DNA of 64,000 nucleotides, taken from positions 317,159 through 381,158 of the forward strand of contig LFCK01000001.1 in NCBI GenBank assembly GCA_001189095.1, written 5' to 3'. The stretch comes from Parcubacteria bacterium C7867-001. GTDB lineage: Bacteria; Patescibacteriota; Minisyncoccia; Phycocordibacterales; Phycocordibacteraceae. Under the pieces are notes generated by a model. It was given only the letters and a program-made list of their open reading frames with translations. It searched no databases and had not been told where the DNA came from. The translations under genes and the position numbers were made by a program. Each line of letters starts with the position of its first letter. Within the stretch, counting starts at the first letter, position 1. Positions 27,487-37,519 of this stretch are shown here, in pieces.

Positions 27487-30378
27487 TTAGTCGAGCGGCG
27501 GAAGCGGGAGGTTAAGAGTCGAGCAGTAGATATTGTTGATCATGCGCTGCGTCGTCTTGTAGACATATCCGGTTGGATGCGTCTTTGCTGGAATGCCGGA
27601 GTTCGGAAGGCCAACCCACGGAGCAAGCACGTCATCCATGTACTTCAACTGGAAGGCGCGTACTGCTGCGTCCGTAAGCGGACCGAAGAAGCCGGTGATC
27701 GGGAGGCCTGAACCCATGTGGTCATTGAGGAACTGCTGGAGCTCCTTCACTTCCGTCGTGTCGTTCTGACGACCAAGACCCATGAAGGTCGAGAGAAGCG
27801 GGCCGCACTGGGTTGCTGCACCGAGCACCGAGCCCGTGCTGCTGCCCTTCTTCTTGCCGCCACTGCCGTTCGTGAAGCCCGGTGTGTTCGGGGTGTCATT
27901 GCTTTCCTTCGTGTTCGTGAAGGTGCAGGTCACCGTTTCGCCAGCCGAGAGTCCGATCGATTCAGGGTCAGATTCGTCGCTGCAGGATGCCGAAGAGAGA
28001 TCCCAGCCTTCAGGAACCACTTCGCCGACATCATAGCTGCCCGGCGTAAGGCTCGAGAAGGTGCGAGTTGCCGTTCCGTTCTCCGTAAGGAGATCGAAGC
28101 CACCCTCAGAAACTTCTGAGATCGTTTCGCTTACGAAGTGGAAGAGGCCGTTGCCACCTTCCGAATTCTTAACGATAACGATCGTGCCGGTGGTCGGTTC
28201 TTCGTTGTTGTCTTCAGTCGGAACGTTCCAAGCAACGCAGTAATACGTGCTGCCTACCTGCGGATTGCGGATGTAATCCCAGTTGTCGTAGTTGAGACCA
28301 TCGTTGCTGCACGAGAACTCAGCCGAAACCGTGTTCGAGTTGCTCTGATGATCAGGTCCGTAGGTGAACGGAATGTAACCCTCCTGAAGAAGTTCGCGAA
28401 GGCGAATCTCCGTGTTTCCTTCAAGCGGGATGTTCATCGTGACGGTACCGTCCTCGCCTGTGAGACCAGAGGGCGTGTAGCCAGTTGCATGACCAACAAA
28501 GGCCTTGCCCGGATCATTCGAGGTCTGATTACCCCACTCGAACTGCCAGCCTGATTCAAGATGGCAGGAAGGATGAGTGTCGAGGAAGTCTGCTGCCGTG
28601 TCAGCGTCAGTCACATGGGACGAACCCATTGCGTTTGGAAGATCTGATTCGTCCTCACAGACGATCTTTGTTGCGATGACCGTAATCTGATCTGGGTCTT
28701 CGCAGCCCGTAACCTTCACCTCGACGACGATGTCGTTGAAGTCCTGATCGTTGATGATGCCGGTCTGATCATCGAAGCCGATGACGTAGGTATTGTCCGA
28801 CGGATTGTAGACAACTGCGTGGTTGTTTTCATCCGAGCTCTCACCCTGATCGGTTGCCCATGTGCCAACGAGCGTCTCGCCGTTGTACGCCTTGATAGCG
28901 AAGCCAACACCCGGTGCGTTCACATCTGCAACATCGATGTTGAAGGTGCCGCCCGGAGTCGTCGTTGCCGCGTCATCAAAGAGCGGAACGAAATTCGAGA
29001 GACTGCCGTCGGTGTAGTAACCGAAGACATGATGGTAACCAGAAAGCTTCTTGAGGAGCTTTGCCGAGAAATGAATGGTGTTACCCGAGCCATCCCACGT
29101 CTGGGTATTGACCTGATCATCGTCAGCGTCAACGCCGTAGCTGTAGAAATCGAGGACCTGCTGGAGCGTCATTTCGTTGCTCGAGCCGAGTTCGATAACT
29201 TCTTCGCTGTTCGACGGAGCTGCACAGCTGTTCTGGATTACTGGGGTGCAGATACCATCGTTTTCTTCATATCCTTCTGGGACTGAAGGCTGGTCCTCAG
29301 GAATGTTGTCGCATACGTCGGTCGGAGGAGGCGGGGGCAATTCACCGCAGTCCGTTCCGTCGACTGTGAGCTTGTAGAGGAGACCTGCTGGATTCGTTGC
29401 CATGGTGCCGCCTGACTGAGCGAAGTTGGTCACCGTGAACTCAATCGTGTTCGTCCCTGCATTGAGGTCGCCAGCTGGGATGCTGTAGGAATCCTGCCCA
29501 CCTGCGCTGTAGTTGAACTCGCCAGCATCAGCACCCACTGGGTTTCCATTGATAGAAACCGTGTAGGAATTGTCTGCTGCGATCATGAGCGTAGCGCCCG
29601 TCGGAGCACCCGTCACCAAGAAGCTCTTGGTGAAGGTTTCAGACATGGTATTTACCGCGTCAGCGATTGGGTTCTCGCCCCAGATCCAGATTGCGGTCGG
29701 AATCGAAGCGGTCCATCCCAAGTGAATCGGGCTCACCGCAAAAGATGCGCTACCGTCCTCAAGCGTCGTAGTGTCGCTGTAGATCACGCAGGAAGAAGGG
29801 GTCGGGGGATTTTCCTCCTCTGGGTTCACCGTGACCGTTGTCTCGCAGGTAATCGGATCTTCATCCTCTTCACCTCCCGAAATGGTTGCGGTGTAGGTCG
29901 TGGTGTCAGTAGGAGATACCTCTGACGTGTCTCCATCGCCAAGCGAGCCAACACCGTTGTCGACGGTTGCAGACGCTTCATCAGCATCTTCGCCCTCGAT
30001 ATTGAGCGTAAGGGTGGTGCTACCTCCCTCCGTTATCGTTGAAGGGTCGGCGACAAGAGAACAGGTGAGATTTTCGTTCTCCTCTTCATCATCGTCCTCT
30101 CCGACGCACGGATGATCTTCGTCAACGAGAAAATCGTCGTCGTGATTTGAGTGACCGTTCCAACCATCTTCGTCAACGTTGATGACGTTACCGTTATGGC
30201 AGATATCTACTTTATGTTCTTCGTTCTCATTATTTGTTGCAAGTGCCGAAATTGGGAACACTGCCGCAACGATAGCGAACATGAGAACGCTCGCCGTGAG
30301 AGCGAGGGAGCGTCGAGAAACCGACGCAGGGCCTATAAGGAAATTGTCCATGGATAAATCCGGATTAATATGACGCAC
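27487..30378 (-). CDS. large secreted multidomain protein (acidic N-terminal repeats, prealbumin-like/Cna-B-type module, DUF4114-like motif, C-terminal peptidoglycan-binding domain)
   Basis: Signal peptide; IGFDDQTGIINDQDFNDIVVEV resembles the DUF4114 signature; TGTIVIVKN...GSYDVGEVVPEGW...TVTCTFTNT is SdrD-B/Cna-B-like; C-terminal ...QQFLNDHMGSGLPITGFFGPLTDAAVRAFQ is PG_binding_1-like; 963 aa. Confidence 0.7.
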   Translation of the reverse strand: MRHINPDLSMDNFLIGPASVSRRSLALTASVLMFAIVAAVFPISALATNNENEEHKVDICHNGNVINVDEDGWNGHSNHDDDFLVDEDHPCVGEDDDEEENENLTCSLVADPSTITEGGSTTLTLNIEGEDADEASATVDNGVGSLGDGDTSEVSPTDTTTYTATISGGEEDEDPITCETTVTVNPEEENPPTPSSCVIYSDTTTLEDGSASFAVSPIHLGWTASIPTAIWIWGENPIADAVNTMSETFTKSFLVTGAPTGATLMIAADNSYTVSINGNPVGADAGEFNYSAGGQDSYSIPAGDLNAGTNTIEFTVTNFAQSGGTMATNPAGLLYKLTVDGTDCGELPPPPPTDVCDNIPEDQPSVPEGYEENDGICTPVIQNSCAAPSNSEEVIELGSSNEMTLQQVLDFYSYGVDADDDQVNTQTWDGSGNTIHFSAKLLKKLSGYHHVFGYYTDGSLSNFVPLFDDAATTTPGGTFNIDVADVNAPGVGFAIKAYNGETLVGTWATDQGESSDENNHAVVYNPSDNTYVIGFDDQTGIINDQDFNDIVVEVKVTGCEDPDQITVIATKIVCEDESDLPNAMGSSHVTDADTAADFLDTHPSCHLESGWQFEWGNQTSNDPGKAFVGHATGYTPSGLTGEDGTVTMNIPLEGNTEIRLRELLQEGYIPFTYGPDHQSNSNTVSAEFSCSNDGLNYDNWDYIRNPQVGSTYYCVAWNVPTEDNNEEPTTGTIVIVKNSEGGNGLFHFVSETISEVSEGGFDLLTENGTATRTFSSLTPGSYDVGEVVPEGWDLSSASCSDESDPESIGLSAGETVTCTFTNTKESNDTPNTPGFTNGSGGKKKGSSTGSVLGAATQCGPLLSTFMGLGRQNDTTEVKELQQFLNDHMGSGLPITGFFGPLTDAAVRAFQLKYMDDVLAPWVGLPNSGIPAKTHPTGYVYKTTQRMINNIYCSTLNLPLPPLD

Positions 30379-30840
30379 ATGTATAAGTCCGGAAGCCAGG
30401 GTTCTTCCGTTATTGCCGCACTTTCCACAGTGTGGACTTATAATGATACAGCGTCAAGCGTTTTCCACGGCAACTGTTACGGCGTAGAAACTAAAACTAG
30501 TCAACAGCAGAATTCCAGCGTTCGAGGACGAATTTCATCAATTGACAAGTACTGGCGGTGCCGTAATATTCGAACGGTAGAGCTTGCTCTTTTCTCCTTA
30601 CGTGGCGAAACGTTCGTCACCAACTGAAGATTCGCGTGCTTGCCCGAGGTGGGCCCAAAAAACTCCAATGGCGACATTGGTTTCCAGGGTTTTGGGCCCG
30701 CCTCGTTTAAGCACGCATTTGACGTTCCGCGAGACCTTTATATACTGAAGAGTATGCATACGTTCGCAATGATGGCATCGATGAGTACCCCTCGCTCGAG
30801 GAGCTTTTTGATGCACTAATCCCTTCCCCATCCTGCAGCA

Positions 30841-30870
30841 AAAACCCCTCAGCACCTGAGGGGTTTTTGA
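30841..30870. terminator. bidirectional terminator hairpin
   Basis: aaaacccctcagc-acc-tgaggggttttt. Confidence 0.65.
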
Positions 30871-30937
30871 TTTTAGAACCATCATGCTGCCGGGGAAATG
30901 GTTCTTCGGCAGCTCGTGAGTCGAAAGGAATACGACA

Positions 30938-31360
30938 ATGAAACGTTCGGAATGCTCGGATGGCACGCTCCTATTCGCGATAACCGCGGTATCGGAGAAG
31001 CTCGGGTATACGGCGCTACCCCGCAAGGTCATCGCCTTCCACATCTACGACAACGAGGATGAGGAATTCTGCCTCGTTACGCAGATACATCCCAAACAAC
31101 ACCGACTCCTCACCTTCTCGGACTCGATTCGAGTGCGGGGTAGACGACGGGACACGAATCTGGTGCTTGAGCAGTTCTGCAAGAAGCATGACGTGAGCCC
31201 TGAGCTCGTGTTCATGCGCGTCGGGAAATCGGAAGAAGACTTGTACCCGTTCTGGTCGCGAGTCCGCGCGATTAATGACTACCCGCACTGGGAGACCATC
31301 GATCCGTGGCCGTTCGGAATAACGTACGAGTTCGACGATCCCGACAGCCTCGATCTCTAA
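30938..31360 (+). CDS. hypothetical protein
   Basis: RBS gaaagga before the ATG; 140 aa; no motif recognised. Confidence 0.45.
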   Translation: MKRSECSDGTLLFAITAVSEKLGYTALPRKVIAFHIYDNEDEEFCLVTQIHPKQHRLLTFSDSIRVRGRRRDTNLVLEQFCKKHDVSPELVFMRVGKSEEDLYPFWSRVRAINDYPHWETIDPWPFGITYEFDDPDSLDL

Positions 31361-31389
31361 CCGTCCTAGTCGGAAGAAGGAGAAGCAAC

Positions 31390-31803
31390 ATGGGACTCAA
31401 TAAGGAACAGGCGCTCATCGCGATAATCTGCGGAGCGGCGGGAATCCTCCGACATACGGAACTGCCGAAGCGAGTCGTGAGCCTGAAGTATCTGAAGGAT
31501 GGAAGATATGAAATCACCGTCTGGAAGAACACTGACGAAAACGACTGGCGAAAGCTCGATACTGAAAAGCAGTTCGTTGTGGGTGAAGCCCGACAGACGA
31601 TAGAGCACAACTCGGCCGAGGCTCACAAATGCGTCAAACGATGCATTGGGGAATACGAAATCCAGAACGACTTCGTATTCCGTGAGTTCGAAAGCGACAG
31701 CGCCCACAAGCAGTGCCACTGGACGCTCGTGCACCACTACTCGCTGTTCATACGGTATGTAGCGGGAATTGGCGTCCCGATCTCGCGAATATTCGGAGAT
31801 TAA
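31390..31803 (+). CDS. hypothetical protein
   Basis: Start moved to the internal ATG preceded by gaaggag; 137 aa. Confidence 0.45.
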   Translation: MGLNKEQALIAIICGAAGILRHTELPKRVVSLKYLKDGRYEITVWKNTDENDWRKLDTEKQFVVGEARQTIEHNSAEAHKCVKRCIGEYEIQNDFVFREFESDSAHKQCHWTLVHHYSLFIRYVAGIGVPISRIFGD

Positions 31804-31816
31804 GGAATGAAACTAC

Positions 31817-31848
31817 GACGCGTCCCAGAGGGACGCGTCTTTTCTTAT
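31817..31848. terminator. terminator hairpin between convergent genes
   Basis: gacgcgtccc-agag-ggacgcgtc followed by ttttcttattt. Confidence 0.65.
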
Positions 31849-33119
31849 TTGCCGGTCGTGAGGAATTGAATAGCGCGGTCCTTTTGAGGATCTTTCCCCG
31901 CCGTAAAATCTTGCTGCGTACGCTCCACCTTTATATCCGGAATGAGGCCACCATCGCTGATTGAGCGGCCAGAAGGCGTAAGCCACCGAGCGACCGTCAC
32001 TTTGAGCGAGCCGCCATCGATGTCGACGAGTTCCTGCACCGAGCCTTTACCGAAGGAGCGCGTTCCGATGAGTGTTGCGACTTTTGCATCCTGCAGCGCA
32101 CCCGCGAGAATTTCAGACGCGGAGGCCGAGCCTTGATCGATGAGAATAACGATTTTAGTTCCCGCAGGAATGCCACCGGTTCCGAGACTCTCGTGCACGA
32201 TATTTTCCTGCTTACCTTTATAGTCTTCAGTCACGACGGTGCCGCCTTTCGGGAGGAAGTGGCTCGCCATGTTTACTGCAGACTCAAGGTAGCCGCCCGG
32301 ATTGCCGCGCAAATCGATGACGAGTCTCGTCGCACCGCTCGCTCGGAAGGTGGCGAGTGCATTAGAAAAAAGCTGACCTGAGTTCTGGGTAAAGCTGTAG
32401 AGCGCGATGGTGTAGACGCCGCTCTTCGCATCGTAGGACGCGTCAATGGTCGGCACTTGGATGGTGTCGCGAGTGATGGTGAGCTCGACTGGCTTTCCTT
32501 CGCGCGCGAAAACGAAGGCAACGGTCGTTCCCTTTTCTCCACGAATCAAATGCACTGCTTCATCGGTCGACATGCCATCGGTCGACTTTTCATTTATAGA
32601 GACAATGAGATCGCCCGCATGCACGCCTGCGCGCTCAGCCGGCGTTCCTTTGAGCGGCGCAATGACCGTTAGGATTCCCTCCTTATTAACGCCGAGCTCG
32701 ATACCCACGCCACCGAAATTTCCCGCGATATTTTCCTGAAAGACCTTCGCTTCTGATGGTGGGAAGAAGACGGTGTACGGATCACCATAGGAAGCCGTGA
32801 GTCCCTCGATGAGTCCCCAGATTTTCTCCTTTGTTTCGGGAATGGTCGAGGATGCGTGCGTCTCGACAAACTTATCATCGAGCGCATGCCACGCTTTCCA
32901 GACACCCGCGAGATTCACTGACTCGTCCGCTGAGGAATTAAGACCATCATGTACGAACGGAATAGATTTCACCAAGAAACCGTTCGTGTCGTGCGCGCCA
33001 ATGTAGAGACCACCGATGAACGAAACGACTGCAACGAGCGCAGCAGCAGCGCCCATCTGGACGAAAAGTTTTGATGCGCGCGAAGGTGCAGCCATAATGT
33101 GCTCCATTATAACATTCAT
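31845..33119 (-). CDS. ctpA: carboxyl-terminal processing protease (S41) with PDZ domain
   Basis: PDZ (GIGI..L) region, S41 catalytic block GNPGGYLESAVNM, TM anchor; the start may be one of the ATGs a few codons downstream. Confidence 0.85.
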   Translation of the reverse strand: MNVIMEHIMAAPSRASKLFVQMGAAAALVAVVSFIGGLYIGAHDTNGFLVKSIPFVHDGLNSSADESVNLAGVWKAWHALDDKFVETHASSTIPETKEKIWGLIEGLTASYGDPYTVFFPPSEAKVFQENIAGNFGGVGIELGVNKEGILTVIAPLKGTPAERAGVHAGDLIVSINEKSTDGMSTDEAVHLIRGEKGTTVAFVFAREGKPVELTITRDTIQVPTIDASYDAKSGVYTIALYSFTQNSGQLFSNALATFRASGATRLVIDLRGNPGGYLESAVNMASHFLPKGGTVVTEDYKGKQENIVHESLGTGGIPAGTKIVILIDQGSASASEILAGALQDAKVATLIGTRSFGKGSVQELVDIDGGSLKVTVARWLTPSGRSISDGGLIPDIKVERTQQDFTAGKDPQKDRAIQFLTTGK

Positions 33120-33144
33120 GTGTAAAAGCTAGCTGGTATCGGGC

Positions 33145-34089
33145 GTGGACGCGCTATACTTTTTACAAATGATGACTCGCCACGAGCGCGGAAAGGTTAC
33201 GTGGGTCGACCTTGAGTCGCCGACCGCGGAAGAACTGCACTCGGTGATGCGCGAATTCGATATCTCCGGAAATATCGAGGAAGAAATCATCTCGCCGACC
33301 CCGTATCCGCTCGTTATTTCCTTCCCCAGCTACTCCTACCTCGTCCTTCACTTCCCCGTAACGAAAGCTGACGGCGGCGCTCGCACACAAGAAGTCGATT
33401 TCATCGTCGGCAAGAAATTCATCGTTACCGTCCGCTACGAAGTGGTGGATTCAATTCACAGCCTCCACAAAGTATTCGAAGCGGAAGAGCTTCTCGGTCT
33501 TCCAGAAACACTGCTCGAGACCGAGCAGCTCATCGTCGAGCAAGTATTCCGCCGCCTCTTCCGCGCCATTCGCGAAGAGCTCGAGACAACCGAACGCATG
33601 CTTGAGCGCCTTGAGACAGACATCTTCTCAGGTAAAGAGCGCTCAAGCGTTCGTAAGATTTCCGAAGCAGGGCGCGTCCTCCTGCGTTTTGAAACCGTAC
33701 TTCGAAGAAACTCGGAACCGCTCTCGGAGTTCCTCCGCGAACTCCAGACGCCGGAATTCTTCGGCAAATCCTTCGCGCTACGTGCCTCGAATATCGAAGC
33801 CGAGCGTGAGCATGTCGAAGGACTCATCGAGTCCTTCCGAAATGTTGCAGCTGAACTTCGCCAGACGAACGACTCGCTTCTCTCCTCTTCCCAAAACCAA
33901 GTGATGAAGACACTCACCGTAGTGACCTTCATCATGTTCCCGCTCTCCATCATCCCCCTCTTCTTCGCGGTGGACACAACATCCTCCTCGATCATTCATC
34001 ATCCAGAATTCTTCTTCGGCATCGGTGGCTTGATGGCATTGCTTGCCGCCTTCCTTTTCGTCCTCTCGAAATTCAAGCGCTGGTTCTAG
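33145..34089 (+). CDS. CorA-family divalent cation transporter-like protein (GMN motif not conserved)
   Basis: CorA-like N-terminal domain and two C-terminal TMs, but the GMN motif position reads AVD. Confidence 0.55.
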   Translation: MDALYFLQMMTRHERGKVTWVDLESPTAEELHSVMREFDISGNIEEEIISPTPYPLVISFPSYSYLVLHFPVTKADGGARTQEVDFIVGKKFIVTVRYEVVDSIHSLHKVFEAEELLGLPETLLETEQLIVEQVFRRLFRAIREELETTERMLERLETDIFSGKERSSVRKISEAGRVLLRFETVLRRNSEPLSEFLRELQTPEFFGKSFALRASNIEAEREHVEGLIESFRNVAAELRQTNDSLLSSSQNQVMKTLTVVTFIMFPLSIIPLFFAVDTTSSSIIHHPEFFFGIGGLMALLAAFLFVLSKFKRWF

Positions 34090-34104
34090 ACCATAATTCA
34101 AAAA

Positions 34105-34133
34105 TTGACATTTGTTTAAAATCAATTATATTA
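34105..34133 (+). promoter_or_regulatory. consensus sigma-70-type promoter (TTGACA-17-ATATTA)
   Basis: ttgaca at 34105-34110 and atatta at 34128-34133 within an AT-rich intergenic region, upstream of the 34211 gene. Confidence 0.5.
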
Positions 34134-34210
34134 ATTCATAGGTACCGTACACCTTCGGATACGCGCATCTTTCCGGTGCCTATGCGAATAATCCGAAATT
34201 GGAGAAAAAG

Positions 34211-34603
34211 ATGGAAATCGCTCGCAGCGCCACAGCAAAGGTTCAGCTCGACGAGCTGCATTTTTCTGAGCGAACAGAATCTCGAGTGCCCCAATTTAAG
34301 GAAGGTCTTAGAAAAGCATTCGCCGACCAAGCTGATGATGAATCCCATTTTCAGATCAATATTGTCGATTGGTTCGGCCGTGGAGCAATTGCCGTACACT
34401 TTAGGAACGCGCAACTGTTTATGCGCTTCTGCCGTGCTGAGACCAACGCGCAGTTCTACTTCGTAGCAAGCGCTCTCCAACTTCTGGAGCGAGAACAGCT
34501 CACGATGGTCGAAGTACTCATTCCATGGTCTCTTTCGACAACTCGAAAAGTGCAGGTGCAGAAGTTCAGCTCGTCCAGCGTGGAGCTCGTGCTCGCACAT
34601 TGA
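34211..34603 (+). CDS. hypothetical protein
   Basis: ATG with GGAG 9 nt upstream (the ORF track's first codon at 34199 is TTG); terminator-like hairpin after the stop (34609-34632); the overlapping minus-strand ORF 34136..34600 is judged less likely. Confidence 0.4.
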   Translation: MEIARSATAKVQLDELHFSERTESRVPQFKEGLRKAFADQADDESHFQINIVDWFGRGAIAVHFRNAQLFMRFCRAETNAQFYFVASALQLLEREQLTMVEVLIPWSLSTTRKVQVQKFSSSSVELVLAH

Positions 34604-34665
34604 GCAAAAGACGCGGCCCTCAGGGCCGCGTCAATCTTTATCCAGCGTGATAAAATAGTGCAATC

Positions 34666-36126
34666 ATGTGGCCGTTCACTAGGAAGCCGAAGGCGAATCA
34701 GGCGCCTATTCTTTTTACGAACACCCTCTCGGGAACGAAAGAGATCTTTGCACCGCTTCGCGCAGGCGTCGTCTCCATGTATTCCTGCGGGCCGACCGTC
34801 TACGCCAAGCAGCATATCGGCAACCTACGCCCCTACATCTTCGCGGACACTATTGCGCGCATACTCGCCGACGCCGGTTACCATGTCCGCCGCGTCATTA
34901 ATATTACGGACGTCGGCCACCTTGTTTCGAATGCAGACGAAGGCGAAGACAAGATGCTGGTCGGCGCCAAGCGCGAGAACCTCCGCCCCGAAGAAATCGC
35001 GGAGCGCTACACGGGCATTTTCCTTGAAGACCTTACCCTCCTCAACATCCTCACCACCGACATCCTTTTCCCGAAGGCAACCGAATACGTGAACGAGCAG
35101 ATAGAGATGATCAAGGCACTTGAAGCGAAAGGACATACCTATCGCACCAAAGACGGTCTTTATTTCGATACCAGCACCTTCCCCGCCTACGGTCGGCTCG
35201 GTGGAGGCGATGTGGCGCAAACGCGCGAGTACGCGCTCGCTGACCTCGGTCGCCGCATCAAGGAAAACAAGGAGAAGAAGCACGCAGCTGATTTCGCACT
35301 CTGGAAATTCGCACCGTTTGGCGTCGAGCGCCTGCAGGAGTGGCCATCCCCATGGGGCACCGGCTTCCCCGGCTGGCACATCGAATGCTCCGCGATGAGC
35401 AAAGCGCTTCTTGGCGAGACTATCGACATCCACACGGGAGGCATGGATCACATCCCTGTCCATCACAACAACGAAATCGCGCAGTCCGAAAGCGTTTCGG
35501 AACGCCCGCTCGCCCGCTTCTGGATGCACGAGGCGTTCATCACCATGAACGGCGAGAAGATTTCTAAATCGCTCGGCAACGATATCTATCTTTCGCAGAT
35601 AACTGAACACGGACTTCATCCCCTCTCGCTTCGTTACCTCTATCTGGGCGCGCACTACCGCACGCCGGTCGATTTCACGTGGGAATCCATCGAAGCGGCA
35701 AACGAAGCGCTCCTTCGTCTTTGGCGTCACACCGCAACCCTTAAGAAAGAAGCTAAAGGGATCGCACAAGATTCGGAAGCGTCGCGTCGACTCATCGCCG
35801 TCGTTCGCGAAGACCTTTCGACCGCAGCAGCGCTCGCGCTCCTCTGGGAAGCTATCAATGATGATGAACTTACACCGAAAGAAGCGTGGGGTGTCGTCGA
35901 AGCAGCTGAACGAGTGCTCGGCCTTATGCTCACCAACCCGCCTGAAGACGTCCTTCCGAAGACGCTTGAGGAACTGCCTTCTCACGTGCAGGAACTCGAA
36001 AAGCAGCGCCAAGCCGCCCGAAAGCGCAAAGACTATGCCTCTGCGGACGCTCTACGTATCAACATAGAGGACAGTGGATATCGTGTGGAAGACGGGCCTT
36101 CCGGCACCATGTTTATAAAAAAGTAG
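34666..36126 (+). CDS. cysS: cysteinyl-tRNA synthetase
   Basis: MYSCGPTVYAKQHIGN (HIGH), KISKSLGN (KMSKS) and zinc-binding Cys residues. Confidence 0.9.
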   Translation: MWPFTRKPKANQAPILFTNTLSGTKEIFAPLRAGVVSMYSCGPTVYAKQHIGNLRPYIFADTIARILADAGYHVRRVINITDVGHLVSNADEGEDKMLVGAKRENLRPEEIAERYTGIFLEDLTLLNILTTDILFPKATEYVNEQIEMIKALEAKGHTYRTKDGLYFDTSTFPAYGRLGGGDVAQTREYALADLGRRIKENKEKKHAADFALWKFAPFGVERLQEWPSPWGTGFPGWHIECSAMSKALLGETIDIHTGGMDHIPVHHNNEIAQSESVSERPLARFWMHEAFITMNGEKISKSLGNDIYLSQITEHGLHPLSLRYLYLGAHYRTPVDFTWESIEAANEALLRLWRHTATLKKEAKGIAQDSEASRRLIAVVREDLSTAAALALLWEAINDDELTPKEAWGVVEAAERVLGLMLTNPPEDVLPKTLEELPSHVQELEKQRQAARKRKDYASADALRINIEDSGYRVEDGPSGTMFIKK

Positions 36127-36136
36127 CGGTGCTAGA

Positions 36137-37516
36137 ATGGCCTCAATGGCCGACCCCGTCCTCCGCGTTCCCCCACAAAGTCTCGAAGCTGAACGAGCGC
36201 TTCTCGGCGCGCTTCTCCAGAAAGCAGGCGCCATTCACGACGTTCTCGACACCATCAAAAGCGATTCGTTCTACGCAGAAAAGCATCGTCTCATTTTCGA
36301 CTCGATGCGGGACCTCGCCGCAAAAGGAGACCCGATAGATCTCATCGCCGTCTCACAGAAGCTTTCGGATGCGGGAACCCTCGAGCGATCCGGCGGACGC
36401 GCCTATCTCGCGGAGCTCATGGCGGATTCTTCCGCGCCGGGAAATTTTACGCACTACGCGGATGTGGTTTCGAGGAAGTACCTCATGCGTGCGCTCATCG
36501 ACACCTCTTACTCCATTACCGAAGCGGCATACGACGAAAGTCGCGAAGCGGTGCATGTGCTTGATGAAGCCGAGAAATCAATCATGGCTATCGGCACCGC
36601 GTCCGCTGGACATAAGTTCATCGCAATCAAAGACAAGCTCGAGGACGCATGGGAGCGCATGGAAGCGCTCGCGAAAAAAGGCGAAGGCATCCGCGGCACG
36701 CCAACGGGGTATCCCGAACTCGACAACATGCTCTCCGGTCTTCACCCTTCAGACCTCATCATTCTTGCCGCCCGTCCGTCGGTCGGTAAGACCTCGCTCG
36801 CGCTCGATATCGCGCGCAATGCGGCCATTCGTCACAATGTGCCTGTCGGCATCTTCTCGCTTGAAATGAGCGCCGAGCAGCTCGTCGATCGTATGATTGC
36901 GGCCGAGTCCTACGTGAACTCATGGAAGATCCGCACCGGTGCTGTGCGCGCCGAAGAAGACTTCACTCGCATCCGCGACGCGCTCGAAGTCCTTTCGAAG
37001 GCGCCGATTTATATAGACGACAAACCGGGCAACGACATCCTTTCGATGCGCGCAGTTGCGCGTCGTTTGAAGCGCGAGCGCGGCATCGGGCTCATCATCG
37101 TCGACTACCTTCAGCTCATGAGCCCGACGTCCGCAAAAGCGTCCGACAATCTCGTGCAGCAAGTTACGGAAATTTCTCGCTCGCTCAAATCTCTCGCTCG
37201 CGAACTCGATGTGCCGGTCATGGCGCTTTCCCAGCTCTCCCGCGCTGTCGAGCAGCGCGGCGGCAAGCCTCGCCTCTCCGACCTCCGCGACTCGGGCTCC
37301 ATCGAGCAGGACGCTGACGTCGTTATGTTCATCCATCGCGAAGACAAGACGAACAAGGACAGCGATCGCCCCGGCATCGCGGAAATCCTCATCGAGAAGC
37401 ACCGCAACGGCCCGACCGGCAAAGTAGATCTCTTCTTCGACGAAAAACGCTCAACGTACATGTCCGTCGATAAAGCGGGCTATGGCGACATGAGCGATCT
37501 CGCTAATGCTTTTTAA
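36137..37516 (+). CDS. dnaB: replicative DNA helicase
   Basis: Walker A ARPSVGKTS, DnaB N- and C-terminal domains; 459 aa. Confidence 0.9.
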   Translation: MASMADPVLRVPPQSLEAERALLGALLQKAGAIHDVLDTIKSDSFYAEKHRLIFDSMRDLAAKGDPIDLIAVSQKLSDAGTLERSGGRAYLAELMADSSAPGNFTHYADVVSRKYLMRALIDTSYSITEAAYDESREAVHVLDEAEKSIMAIGTASAGHKFIAIKDKLEDAWERMEALAKKGEGIRGTPTGYPELDNMLSGLHPSDLIILAARPSVGKTSLALDIARNAAIRHNVPVGIFSLEMSAEQLVDRMIAAESYVNSWKIRTGAVRAEEDFTRIRDALEVLSKAPIYIDDKPGNDILSMRAVARRLKRERGIGLIIVDYLQLMSPTSAKASDNLVQQVTEISRSLKSLARELDVPVMALSQLSRAVEQRGGKPRLSDLRDSGSIEQDADVVMFIHREDKTNKDSDRPGIAEILIEKHRNGPTGKVDLFFDEKRSTYMSVDKAGYGDMSDLANAF

Positions 37517-37519
37517 CGC

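Noticed and set aside
34136-34600. 154-aa minus-strand ORF overlapping the 34211..34603 plus-strand gene
   Set aside because: It is Cys/His-rich and has no RBS. The plus-strand frame has an RBS, a consensus promoter upstream and a terminator downstream.
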